A DNA stretch of 28,226 bases from contig NW_021833389.1 in assembly GCF_006345805.1 (NCBI RefSeq), positions 1-28,226 on the forward strand, written 5' to 3'. Below the pieces are notes generated by a model, which ran no database searches, was not told the origin of the DNA, and saw only the letters and a program-made list of their open reading frames with translations. Made by a program: the position numbers and the translations under genes. This stretch comes from Octopus sinensis. Lineage: Eukaryota. Shown here piece after piece: positions 11,359-23,327 of the stretch (its first letter is position 1; every line of letters begins with the position of its first letter).

Positions 11359-12135
11359 CACACATATACGCATGCACACACACAATCAACCATAAAAGTT
11401 TTATTGCTGTTTCTTGGTGTGCTGTAAACATAATATTACACACGTAGATGTAATATAGTTGTAATATATATACATACATGCAAACACACACACATGCACA
11501 CACTCACATACACACACACCCCTACACACACGGTGATATCAATGACACATCAATTACTATATTGGATACTTTTCCCATTCAAGTGACTTTTATGTCTCCA
11601 TAACAAGTCAGGGTGTGTGTGTGTGTGTGTGTGTGTGAGGGGGTGGTGGTGCATATTGGTGAGGTGGTATGTGTGAAGGTGTGGCGTGTGTAGTCTTTGG
11701 TATTGGCTGTAGTAGTCAGGTGTGATGTGTGACAATTACAACCGCAGCCAACAGCAAAGAGAATCGACTGAAGACGACCCCCCCCACCCCACCCACCATC
11801 TTCTGGTAAGACACGCAGGAATATTTCAGTAATGGCAAACCCTGTCACTGGATGTGTGAAACTGATTGGTTTGATGTGTGTGGACAGAATATCTGATGCT
11901 CTAACCGATGTACGAGTATACCTAGGACTCAGATATATATACATACACACATTCATTTATACATACATACATATACATCTATATGTGCATGTGTGTGTGT
12001 GTGCGTGTATACTTTATTTGTAGGTTAACAAGACAACCAATGGTTTCATGTGAAGACATCTTCACAGTTGTTTGAGTGTGTCACATGGAACTGTCAGTAC
12101 CTATCTTCATTTTGGATGTGTGTATATATATATAT

Positions 12136-12864
12136 GTTCAGCAAAATTTAGATTCAAATGAATGTGGTACTTAAATTAGATGCACCAGAATTTTGTATGG
12201 TGTTATCCATATAAATCCATGGGGTGATTATAATGAAAATAAACAACAAGAATATCTTCGGCAATTTGGTACGATCGTTTCACACTACATCATTTTATTA
12301 AACATTGTAAGTATTACAACAGTTTTAAAATGTTGAGCAATCATCAGCCATTTATAGAGGTTTTCCATCAATACATATACTTATTTTCATGTTAATTGAT
12401 AACATTATCAAGAGGGTAGATATATATAGAGAGATGTTGATTTGAATGTTAAGAACATTAAGGTATTAGAGCAGTTCAAAATAACTTAAAGAATATTAGA
12501 TAAACTCTAATACCTTAATGTTCTTAAAATTCAAATCAACATCTCTGTCTATATATCTACCCTCTTGATAATGTTATCAATTAACATGAAAATAAGTATA
12601 TGTATTGATGGAAAACCTCTATAAATGGCTGATGATTGCTCAACATTGGTACTTAAGTTAAAGGCACCAGAATTTTGCATGGTATTATCCATATAAATCA
12701 AATGGGGTGATTATAATCAAAATAAGCAACAAGGATATCCAAGGTAGAGTAGTACAATTGTTTCATGCTACTTCATTTTAAAATGAAGTGTTAAATAAAA
12801 TGAAGTAGCATGAAACAATTGTACTGCTCTACCTTGGATATCCTTGTTGCTTATTTTGATTATA
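12136..12864. mobile_element. Cluster of four partial copies of the hammerhead-bearing element family seen at 242-380, arranged as two fold-back palindromes
   Basis: 12160-12300 is homologous to 12648-12780 and to 242-380. Inverted arms 12329-12471/12505-12647 (about 3 mismatches) and 12712-12780/12796-12864 (1 mismatch). (TA)n at both outer ends. Confidence 0.85.
12263..12353 (-). ncRNA. Type I hammerhead motif with partly decayed helices
   Basis: AAAUGG-CUGAUGA-UUGCU...AGUGU-GAAAC-GAUC-GUA-CCAAAUU. The core is intact but helix I has only 3 contiguous pairs. Confidence 0.6.
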
Positions 12865-13288
12865 TATATATATATTATATATATATACATACATACATAC
12901 ATATATATATTTTTTGTATATGCCTATCCATAAACTGGTGCCTTCTTTTCATCAATAACCATTTTAACATCAGGCAGATTAAGTCAGACAGACATGCCTA
13001 CATCAGTATCTTTCAAACCAGTCCAGTGCATCTACCCTGGCACCGAGGTGTCAGCAGAGACCCTTGTGAGGTCATCACCTTTTAAATCAATCAGTTAGTG
13101 AACCAACTTCATAAACATTAATCAATAAAGCATCATTTCCTTGAATCTATCAATGAACTCAGACATTATGTTATATTAGAGGTAGACCTCATACCTTATG
13201 GACCATTTATAACGTCCAGAACAGCTACACTGGGAGGGAATGCAGATCTAACCATTGCTTATTGGTATCCTGTGCAACTCAATACATA

Positions 13289-14146
13289 CAGAGTGTGGTG
13301 AATGAATTGTTGTCTAAATTACACTAAAATAAAAATAACACTGACATCTCATTTTAACAGATATATTTACCAAAATTACATAAAAATATCTTGAAATACT
13401 AAAGAGTAAGTTTATTCAATAAAATCGCCATTGGCTTCAACCACGACCTCCAGATGACTTTGGAATCTCTTGCAACTCTTCTGGACGATCTCCTTGTTTA
13501 AGTTGGTGAATGCTGCCATAATCCTTGCCTTCAGTTCTTCTTTGGTGTTACAAGGAGTTTTGTTGGTCTCTCACTCAACTGTGCCCCACTCATAATAATC
13601 TAGGGGGTTGCAGTGTAGGGATTTAGGTTACCAGATTTTAGGGGGTGATGTGATCGCAGAAATTGTCTGACAGCCATGACTGGGTTCTTCCGCTTGTGTG
13701 GCATGGCGCAGAGTCTTGCTGCCATATGTAGGGTCTTCCAGCAGCCACCCTCTTGACCAAAAGCAGCACTACCTCCTCCAGACACTTCATGTAGACTGCC
13801 ATGTTCAGTCTGAGGCCATGTGGGAAGATAAATGGAGGCATAACGTCGCTATCACTAGTGATCACTCCAAACACCATGATGTTGACTGGATGTTTGTTTT
13901 TTATCACTCTTGATACATGTCCTCAGATTGCACTGCCCTCAGATTGACATCCAACCATTCTGAAATGTTCATGCTGGAGCTTCCAATGCAAATACCAAGC
14001 AGTACAGTATGTCATTTCCAAATTTCTTGCAGAGTAAATTGTGTCAAGGTGCTGTTTTTCTCACAAACGGTGCCCAACTGACCCTACTGTACTGTGTAGT
14101 TAACAAAAATAAAAATATAACATGACAGTTTACCCATTACACCCTG
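13289..14146 (-). mobile_element. Internally deleted DD37D (maT-like) Tc1/mariner DNA transposon
   Basis: TA-CAG(A/G)GTGT termini at 13289 and 14146 (diverged TIRs) enclosing the C-terminal half of a transposase. Confidence 0.75.
13412..13907 (-). pseudogene. DD37D transposase C-terminal fragment with stops
   Basis: IMVFGVITSD...YIWQQDSAPCHTS...KIW*PKSLHCNPLDYYEWG...EANGDFIE*. There are 37 residues between the QQD and PLD aspartates. Confidence 0.88.
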
Positions 14147-14147
14147 T

Positions 14148-14212
14148 ATGTATATATATATATATACACACCCATATAAATATACATAATATATATACAT
14201 ATACATATATAT

Positions 14213-14279
<67 letters not shown>

Positions 14280-14290
14280 GTGTATATATA

Positions 14291-14352
<62 letters not shown>

Positions 14353-14360
14353 TTATATTA
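14148..14360. repeat. (TA)n microsatellite
   Basis: Direct reading. Confidence 0.92.
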
Positions 14361-14588
14361 AATTAGAGACAAAACCACTATTAGGCAAATCAAACAATGA
14401 AAAACTTAAGCCAATACATATGATTAATTTATATTATTTAAATATATAACAAAATTATTAAAAAAGTGTGATATTAATTATATTTTTTTAATAATTTTGT
14501 TATATATTTAAATAATATAAATTAATCATATGTATTGGCTTAAGTTTTTCATTGTTTGATTTGCCTAATAGTGGTTTTGTCTCTAATT
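14361..14588. repeat. Perfect 105-bp inverted repeat with 18-bp spacer
   Basis: Arms 14361-14465 and 14484-14588 are exact reverse complements. Confidence 0.95.
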
Positions 14589-14674
14589 AAATATAATATA
14601 ATATTTTACTATAAAATTGGATTCAATCCTAAATCTGATTTTTCCCTGTAAGTTTGGATTTATTCCCTAATATT

Positions 14675-14737
<63 letters not shown>

Positions 14738-14768
14738 TGTATATATATGCATGTGATGTTCATATATG

Positions 14769-14802
<34 letters not shown>

Positions 14803-14904
14803 TGTATACACTCACTCACACAACCATGCATACACACACATAGACAATGACATAAACATCTCATTGACTGATATATAACCACACATATGTTGGTAGTATT
14901 TTCT

Positions 14905-15700
14905 GTGCTGGAGTTTGGCAAAAAATGTTTTTTTTTGAGAACCCTATGACTTGCCCAGGGCAGCTGTGACCGAATCAGGATTGAGTGTATGGAGGCCTGT
15001 TCAGCACAAGAAAGTATCTCGATCAGAAATGTGGTCTGGTCACTTAATGTCAAGAATTATTCCAAAGTAAATGGTATGGAAGTGGTTTATCTTCTTTACC
15101 TGTAGTTGATAGCCAGTCCCTATTTCACAATCCCGCAAAGAGTAGAGTGAGAACTATGGCCCAGTACATCTTTATCTTTGTTTCTGGAGTGATGCCTTTC
15201 CTGTTTCGAGTTGGCTGAATGTGGCTCTGGCCTTGGTGAATCAGACATTCCTTTCATCATCATGATGACAATTCAGGAGAGTACAATTCCCGTCTAGGTG
15301 AACTTATCCACCATACTGGTAGATAAGATGTAGGGTTCAACAGATGTTTTTTCTTTTCTTCCTCTAGCCGACTGATGATGCATCACTTTTAGTTTTCTTT
15401 GTATCGGCCATCAAAGTGGAATTGTTGCAGACATCAGAGAACTTGTCAAAACTGCGTTATCGTGCATCAGCCTCTAGGGCAGCATCGAACGTCCAGACAT
15501 TGATGGATGATGCTGACGTTGTCTCTCTCTCCGAACATTGGTTTTGGCTTGAAGCCTTCTCAGATTGAAGATAAACCATTTCTGTAGCATTTGATAGCAA
15601 TGCCAACATCCTATATTTTTTAAGATTTTGCCAGCACAGATGAGGCTGAGCAGAGTGGGAGCCAGTATACCATCATGGTGTAGATAGTGTACAATGGGGA
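14905..15700 (-). pseudogene. Decayed RTE-BovB-like RT C-terminal fragment
   Basis: Across frames: LAPTLLS, FNLRRLQAKTNV, KARATFSQL, TKIKMYWAIVL, INHFHT, SIHSILIRSQLPWASH. These follow BovB-type motif order (FNLRRLQAKTKV, QLRWAGH). Confidence 0.75.
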
Positions 15701-15814
15701 AGATATGTTTACATCTGAATATGTGAGTGTGTGTTTGTGTGTTTCGAGTGTCCTCAATTACACTGTCTTCTGTCAACATCATCAAAGATGGCTGATGGTT
15801 ATGCATTGTGCTGG

Positions 15815-15990
15815 TGTCATGTATAAAGCACCCAATACACTCTGTAAAGTGGTTGGCATCAGGAAGAGCATCCAGCCTCAGAAACCATGCCAAAACAGAT
15901 GACTGGATCCTGGTACAACTCTTTGGTTTGCCAGCTTCTGTCAAACCGTCCAACACATGCCAGCACGGAAAACAGACGTTAAAAGACGAT
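15815..15990 (+). mobile_element. Degenerate solo copy of the RTE 3' tail
   Basis: gtggttggcatcaggaagagcatccagc...aaaccgtccaac.catgccagcacggaaaacagacgttaa. Confidence 0.8.
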
Positions 15991-16019
15991 GTTTATATAT
16001 ATATATATGTGGCTGAGGA

Positions 16020-17385
16020 AAGTGCTACTGTTCAATACTCACTGGCAATGTTTGAATTTGGTGAAAAAAGATTATGAAGCTTTTGTCACCTATGCCAGAG
16101 CGGTTAACAGAAAGTGTGAGAATTTCAAATTGAATGAGTTGACCCTGGACATGTTCAAGTGTTTAATTTTTGTTCAGGGGCTTACCGCAAACAAAGACGC
16201 AGATATATGTTTTAGAACAGGACCAGAATTTAACTCTGCAAGCCATAACAGAATGTCTGATGATTATAAATCTACGACATGATGCAATTAAAATTGAAGA
16301 GAAAGATTGCTCTCATGTTTAAGTGTGTCAGTTGGTATTGGATAACAAAACTGTCAAGACTGAATTCATGTTATGGGTACAATGGTTTACAAAATTTAAA
16401 AATACTGTTCATTTAAAAATATAAATAGCTTGAAGTGTGGTAAAATAGGCCACAAAAAGTCACCCTAGGACAGATCCTAAAAAACAGCTCAATAGAAAAA
16501 AATTCACATAAATGGATTATTGTTGACAAAAATACAAATGAACCTTAAAGGAATTTGCGTATGTAAAAATTAATAACACAAATGTGAAGTTATAATTGGA
16601 TACAGGCAGTAGTATGTCAATAATTAACAGATACATTTAAAAAACAGGGAAACCTAAATTAAATGAAACTTCAAATATTGCCCATGGTGTTTCAGGAAAA
16701 AAAGTTATATTTTAAGGGAAAATTGATAAGTAACATTACATTTCATGAAAAAAAACCCTTAAAGCTAAAGTTTTTGTGTTAAATAATGCCACAAATTTAT
16801 TCAGAACTAACTGGATGGAATTATTTAACTTATGGGACCTCCCCATATTTTCTGTAAAATGTGAATGGTCTTTCCTTCAGTTATCGTAAGTCATCAAATG
16901 AATTGAAAAATAGAAATTAAAAAGTATTTTCCTGAAGTTCTGACTGATAAATTAGGTCTGTGTACCAAGATGAAGGCATGGTTTCAAATAAAGAAAATAC
17001 CATACCAGTATTTAAACACAAAACAAACTGTACCATTCACATCATTAGAACAGATTAATTTAAGGGAGACTAGAAAAAATTGAAGTTATTCAAAAAATGG
17101 AATATAGTCAATGGGCCTCACCAACTGTGCATGTTAAGAAAAGAGGGACAAAATCAGAGTGTCTGCTGGTTTTTCCACTGGTTTAAATGAATGTCTTAAA
17201 AGAAGCCACTACTTGCTACCTACTCCAGAGGATATTCTTGCAAAATTAAATGGAAGCAAGGTATTTTCTAAATTGGATCTATCTGATGCATACCTACAAA
17301 TTAGAGAAGACAGTGAATGCTCTAAATATCTAACAATTGAGACACATAAAGGACTCTATAAATACAACAGGTCACCATTTGCCTG
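16020..17385 (+). pseudogene. Decayed Ty3/Gypsy LTR retrotransposon gag-protease-RT fragment
   Basis: Gag-like VNRKCENFKLNELTLDMFKCLIFVQGL, zinc-knuckle remnant KCGKIGH, protease LDTGS (~16596), and RT FSTGLN...LPTPEDILAKLNGSKVFSKLDLSDAYLQI...THKGLYKYNRSPF. No LTR seen. Confidence 0.85.
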
Positions 17386-17469
17386 GAAGCCAGGAGGGTC
17401 CACCAGGCCCCAATCTGATCAACATAGATATATATATGTATATATACATACATATGTATGTATACATAT

Positions 17470-17824
17470 AGATTGTTACCAGCATCCCCTTACTGGCACA
17501 TGTGCCGGTGGCATGTGATAAACATTCAAGGGAGGTTGTTGCCAGTGCCGCCGGACTGGCTCCTGTGCAGGTGGCATGTAAAAAAACACCACATGAGCTT
17601 GGTCATTGCCAGTACCGCCGATGACTGGCCCTTGTGCTGGTGGCACGTAAAAGCCCCTCTATACTACTCTCAGAGTGGTTGGCATTAGAAGGGTATCCAG
17701 CTGTAGAAACTCTGCCAAATCAAAGATTGGAGCCTGGTGCAGCCATCTGGTTCGCCAGACCTCAGTCAAATCGTCCAACCCATGCTAGCATGAAAAGCAG
17801 ACTTTAAACGATGATGATGATGAT
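17470..17824 (+). mobile_element. Solo RTE 3'-tail element with internal ~55-65-bp subrepeats and (GAT)n tail
   Basis: Homologous to the reverse complement of 1961-2220. Confidence 0.88.
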
Positions 17825-17857
17825 ATGTGTGTGTATGTATATATGTATATATATATA

Positions 17858-17898
<41 letters not shown>

Positions 17899-17975
17899 CA
17901 TGTATATATGTATGTGTATATATATATATACACGTATATGTATATGTATATATGTATGTGTTATATATATACACG

Positions 17976-18008
<33 letters not shown>

Positions 18009-18640
18009 GTATATATATATACACGTATATATATATATATACATGTATATATATATACATGTATATATATATGCATATATATATATATATACATGTATAT
18101 ATATATATGCATAGCGCTAATCCGAATGATATGATCTGAATGATATGATATATATGTAAAAAATGTAATATATAAATAAATATCTACAAATATGAACCAA
18201 CCGATCTGATTACCTCATTTTTTCTAATATATATATATATATGCATATATGTATATATATATGTATACATACATGTGTGTGTATATACATGTATATATAT
18301 GTATATGCATGTATATATATATATACATGTATATATATATACATGCGTATATGTATATATATACATGTATATATATATATGTACATGTATGTGCATGTAT
18401 GTATATATATGCATATATATATGTACATGTATATATATATATACATGTATATATGCGTATATGTATATATGCATGTATATATGCGTATATGTATATATGC
18501 ATATATATAAGCGTATGTATATATATGCATATATATATATACAAGTATATATATATACATGTAAATATATATACATGTATATATATGTATGCATATATAT
18601 ATATATATGTATATATATATGCATATATATATATATATCA
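17825..18640. repeat. Long (TA)n/(TACATG)-type compound microsatellite
   Basis: Direct reading, interrupted at ~18110-18230. Confidence 0.9.
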
Positions 18641-18854
18641 ATACCGGATATCTCTATATTTTGCTCCATCTATACCGGATGTCGCTTCTCCCACCACCAT
18701 TATAGGTGTCTACTCTTCGAACCCCCCTCTTCAATACGCTATTTCACCATGCATTACCCCTCTCTCGATATCCTATACGTTCTACTTGCAGAACCTGTCA
18801 TCATTTCTCTGTACCACCCCTCCCCACTGGTGCTCCCCTATATTTCTGCCCTCC

Positions 18855-19109
18855 GCCCCACATAAAAAGCACCATCCGAACGTGGCCGATGCCAGACCCC
18901 TCTGGCACCTGTGCAGGTGGCACGTAAAAAACACCCACTACACTCGCGGAGTGGTTGGCGTTAGGAAGGGCATCCAGCTGTAGAAACACTGCCAGACTAG
19001 ACTGGAGCCTGGGGCAGTCCCGAGCTCCCCAGACCCCCGGTCGAAACCGTCCAACCCGTGCTAGCGCGGAAAACGGACGTTAAACGATGATGATGATGAT
19101 GATGATGAT
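18855..19109 (+). mobile_element. Solo RTE 3'-tail element with (GAT)8 tail
   Basis: ggagtggttggcgttaggaagggcatccagctgtagaaac...ggacgttaaacgatgatgat. Confidence 0.9.
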
Positions 19110-19301
19110 ATATATATATTATATATATATTATATATGTTCGAAAAAGTAGTTCATATTCCATGTACTCGTACTTCATATTTTTTGTTGTACACCTTTCA
19201 TGATGTTCTTTGCCCACGTATGCATATATATAATAATAATAATAATATGAGGGAATATTATTCCATACTCACAGGGAGGGGGGGCAAACACAAACGCATA
19301 G

Positions 19302-19368
<67 letters not shown>

Positions 19369-20352
19369 TAAATGAAATAAAACATATGCATATATATAAA
19401 CGTATATGTACGTACCTACCTCTACATGTACATATACACGCATATATGAGTACAGGACACCAAAGGGACGTTGAACACATAGAGAAACGAAAACATAGAC
19501 ACAAACCAAAGGAACAGGACATTTTTTTAAAAAACAACAAAAAATGGAGTACAGGACAGTTAACACAACGAAAAAACCCCTTCTTCAGTCGCTAAGGTTT
19601 CATCTACTCTACGTTTCGAAGGATAAAAGCGAGACATATCTTCGACAAGAAACTTTCCTTCCTGCGAAAAGCAAATCAATTAAAATTCTGAGATCTTTTC
19701 GCTGAGGGGTAAAAAATGGTAAAAAAATGAGACAGTAACGACAGTACAAAAATATAAACAGTAAAAAAATATATATAACAGTAAAAGACAGGACAGGGAG
19801 AACAAGATAAGAAGGGCTGTTGACGCCGAACGAAAAAAGTATTGCAAACGCTGAAATGCATATACATATTCTTTATATTATTATATGATTGAATGCCATG
19901 CATCCTCTTCCAAGTAAGTTATATATATATATATAGATATATATATATATATATATTCTATATATATATATAATAATAATAATAAGAGTAAATAATTTCT
20001 ATAATGGTTTTTAAAAAAAAACAACAATTATTTACTGGTAGAATTCGGTATGTAAATATAACCGATTAACGGTAGGAACTTCTGTAAAGTTCAGTATATA
20101 TATTGTATATAAATAAATGGGGCAGGCAACAGGTTGCTTGGCCGCATACCGAGAAAATTAGAAATAGCAGTCAAGACTGTTTATTTCTATTTTCTACAAG
20201 TGGGACTCCACATACGACATATCCCTGTAATTCACATATGCAAAACAGAAGGAATAAATAACGAAAACAAAGTCTGGCGGTTATTTGCGGACATCATGTT
20301 TCTGGATTATAAATATATTGAATATATATTTCATATATATTTTTAACATATA

Positions 20353-21628
20353 CGAGGGGCGTTCAATAAGTAATGCCCCTGACCCACTTCCCATAGCAGT
20401 AGAGCAATGAAACTTGGCACAGCTATTAGTCTTTTTCAGCATAGAAACAACCCAGAGTTACGCATTTCTCCCATCGTTTGATGCAGCTCTGGAGAACCGT
20501 TTTCATAGAAGACCCCCCTTGGTCCTCCAACCACGACGTGACTTCAGAAATCAAGGCTGCATCATCTGGGAAACCGCTTTCCTTTCAAAAACAACTTCAT
20601 GGCTGGAAGAGGTGAAAATCAGAGGGTGCAAGGTCAGGAGAGTAAGGGGATGGGGGAAGTGTTCATAGCCGCACGCCTGTGCTTCTGATCTGGCGACACA
20701 CGAGTTGTGAACCGGAGCGTTGTCCTGCAGGAGGAGGATGCCTTTGCTGATCTTGCCCCGCCTCTTGGTTTTGATAGCTTCTCTTAATTTCCTCAAAAGT
20801 GAAGCATGATAGGCTCCTGTAATTGTGGTACCCTTTGCCAGAAAATCTGTCATCACTACTCCGTCCTGGTCCCAGAAGACTGTGAGCATGACCATGCTAG
20901 CGGAGGGCTGAACCCTTGCCTTCTTTGGAGGAGGTGAGTCATGGTGCTTCCACTGCATTGACTGGGCTTTGGTCTCTGGATCATGGTGAAGGACCCAGGT
21001 CTCATCCTGTGTAATCAGTCTTTTGAAAAATTTTGACTCATCTTCTTGGCACATCCCTAAATTCATCCTCGAGCACTCGACGCGTTCTTGCTTCAGGAAA
21101 AGTGTGAGCAACCTGGGAATCCCTCTGGCAGACACCTTTTGCATATGCAAATGGTCATGAATGATAGTTTCCACAGACCCGGTACTAATCTTGACCTCAT
21201 GGGCTATTTGGCGAATAGTTATGCGTCCATCTTCCAAAATGGCAGCCTCAACTTGACGGACAGATGCCTCATCAATGGCAGAAGGGGTGCAACCAGATCT
21301 GGGAGCTGTTTCCACAGAGTTCCGACCATGTTTGAATTCACGATGCCAGCGTTTTACAAGGTCATATGATGGGGCATCATCACCATAAGTTATTTTCATT
21401 TCATCAAAAGTCTCCTGTGGTGTGCGTCATTTCAAATACAAAAACCGGATCACTTCTCAACACTCAACAGGCTCCATTTCCCACTTGACTCATTTCAAAC
21501 ACATGTAAATCAGAAATCACTATTAGTTCGGAGCTGTAATTTGCCACTTAATCTATAGAGATATAAATAATTACACATGCAAAATCTCAGCTAGATCAAT
21601 CAACGGCAAGTGGGTCAGAGGCCCCTCG
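20353..21628 (-). mobile_element. Full-length mariner (DD34D) transposon, 1276 bp, TA target-site duplication
   Basis: TA-CGAGGGGC...GCCCCTCG-TA termini, with the shared TIR block TGACCCACTT. Confidence 0.92.
20426..21477 (-). pseudogene. Mariner transposase pseudogene (N-terminal stops, frameshift before YSPDL)
   Basis: GIPRLLT (WVPRxL), ITQDETW, VMLTVFWD, QDNAPVH, and after a 1-nt frameshift YSPDLAPSDFHLF. D-D spacing is 34. Confidence 0.92.
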
Positions 21629-22364
21629 TATTTCATATATATCACATATATATTTCACATCCGTCTTCAGCGCAACTTTCCATTGTAATAGATTTATCAA
21701 ATGTTACGTACCTCAAACCTTCTGATCATGCGACATCAAAAGAGTTGAAGAAAGCGAGCATAGGCTAAACCTAAATAGACAGTTGAATTCATAAATCTTC
21801 CCTCCAAAATTTTGCCATGCGCATTACAAAAATAGTTCCTTAGAGGTAGAAACTATGGGTTGTCGTAAGGGAGTGAAAATTCCAATTAGTAATATAATAA
21901 TAAGAGTAAATAATTCCTATAATGGTTTTTATATATATATATAACACAGAAATACATACATAAATTACTCAACTTTCATACTTGTAAAATGGGATAAACA
22001 TCCCTCTGTTGTTCATCCATTAATGTGATATCACCTGAAGAAATGAATCTATGAAGATGATCAACCAATACTTTCAGATGTTACAGACTGCTCTGGAATT
22101 ATCCCAGCAATATGGACTATCATCATAAGAGACATGTGCTTTGTGGAAACGTGCATAGTGATGCATTAAATGTTTAGAATTTCCATCCAAGGATTAGTGT
22201 TATTATTATATTTATCCTACATTATGTTGGTACTCGATACAACCCCCAAAAATTGGTTCACCAGCCGGCATCATTAGACAGTCGTTAGTATAATGGAACA
22301 GGAGCTTTATCTGCATACTCAAAACATTTCCCATAAACAAATTTAAAATATATATACATATATA

Positions 22365-22568
22365 GTTAATCCAAACAAGAAAACACAAAAAAACACAACA
22401 ACGCGAGGACGTGGAACAAATATAGTATTATTGGATGCTCAGGAAAGAAGGGAAGAAGGAGAGTATAACGTTTCGTGCGGAGCTCTTCGTCGGAAACATA
22501 GGAGAACGAAAGATCCAGAGAAGGGAAGACAGAGGAAAAAAAATCGCCAACGGTACACACGAGGTCAC
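22365..22568 (-). mobile_element. Second copy of the minimal-hammerhead short repeat (core mutated to CCGACGA)
   Basis: Aligns with 9151-9355; UUU-CCGACGA-AGAGCUCCGCAC-GAAAC-GUU at 22464-22497. Confidence 0.7.
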
Positions 22569-22974
22569 ATTTTGAAAAGAGTTACGGAATGGAGTTTGTA
22601 AGATCTAGTTTACATATGTTTCATAGTGAATGGAACCTTAGAAGTGGTAAAAATCCAAGCAAAGTGTTTACCGCCAGCTACTCCTCAGGCTTAGAATATC
22701 TTGATTAGATTAAAGGTTATGCTGTTGCAAGGATTTACAAGTTGACGCATGGGAGATTCATCGCACACCCAGAAACTCTAGTCACCTACTGCGGAATATA
22801 TATAAAAAAATTTTTTTCAGCTTATTTTTCTTTGATACCAAAATAATCCCCACCCTTCCATCTCAATAAACCACTCTTGTCCCAAGAAGTTGTTTTTTCA
22901 TATTCCCTATGGATTGCTTGAAGATAACTTTCTCCCTGCACCTTGATCCTTGGATCTTACATTTATTCTTTTAT

Positions 22975-23119
22975 TCATTATTTGTTTCAGTCATTTGACT
23001 GCAGCCATGCTGGAGCGCTGCCTTTAGTTGAGCAAATCGACCCCAGGACTTATTCTTTGTAAGCCTAGTACTTATTCTATCAGTCTATTTTGCTGAACTG
23101 CTAAGTAATGAGGATGTAA

Positions 23120-23154
<35 letters not shown>

Positions 23155-23311
23155 CAATGGCTTCTTTCAGTTTCCGTCTACCAAATCCACTCACAAGTCT
23201 TTGGTCAACCCGAGGCTATAGTAGAAGACCCTTGCCCAAGGTGCCAAGCAGTGAGACTGAACCTGGAACCATGTGGTTGGTAAGCAAGCTACTTACTACT
23301 CAGCCACTCCT
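22975..23311 (-). mobile_element. tRNA-derived SINE, near full-length with internal deletion
   Basis: Reverse complement of the 24226-24638 family including the A/B-box head and the gactgaaacaa tail. Confidence 0.9.
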
Positions 23312-23327
23312 TTTCTATACATATATC

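Noticed and set aside
11748-11805. Possible 58-bp exon (ccgcag|...CTG|gtaaga)
   Set aside because: The donor is good but there is no polypyrimidine tract, no recognisable peptide and no neighbouring exons. Unsupported without RNA-seq.
12920-13090. Minus-strand peptide-like stretch (DLKGDDLTRV...LPDVKMVIDEKKAPVYG)
   Set aside because: It contains in-frame stops and I do not recognise any family, so no call is supportable.
15374-16265. Isolated CTGATGA matches (~15374, ~16257) and CTGAAGA matches elsewhere as hammerheads
   Set aside because: No downstream GAAAC-GUH or helix I pairing. They are chance 7-mers inside other elements.
18640-18855. Pyrimidine-rich unique-looking segment and 244-aa ORF 18249-18983
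   Set aside because: The ORF is mostly microsatellite plus RTE tail. The segment, like 18110-18230, has no motif and may be low-quality sequence.
21935-22320. Possible coding remnant between the mariner and family-B element
   Set aside because: Only short open frames with no recognisable transposase or host motifs.
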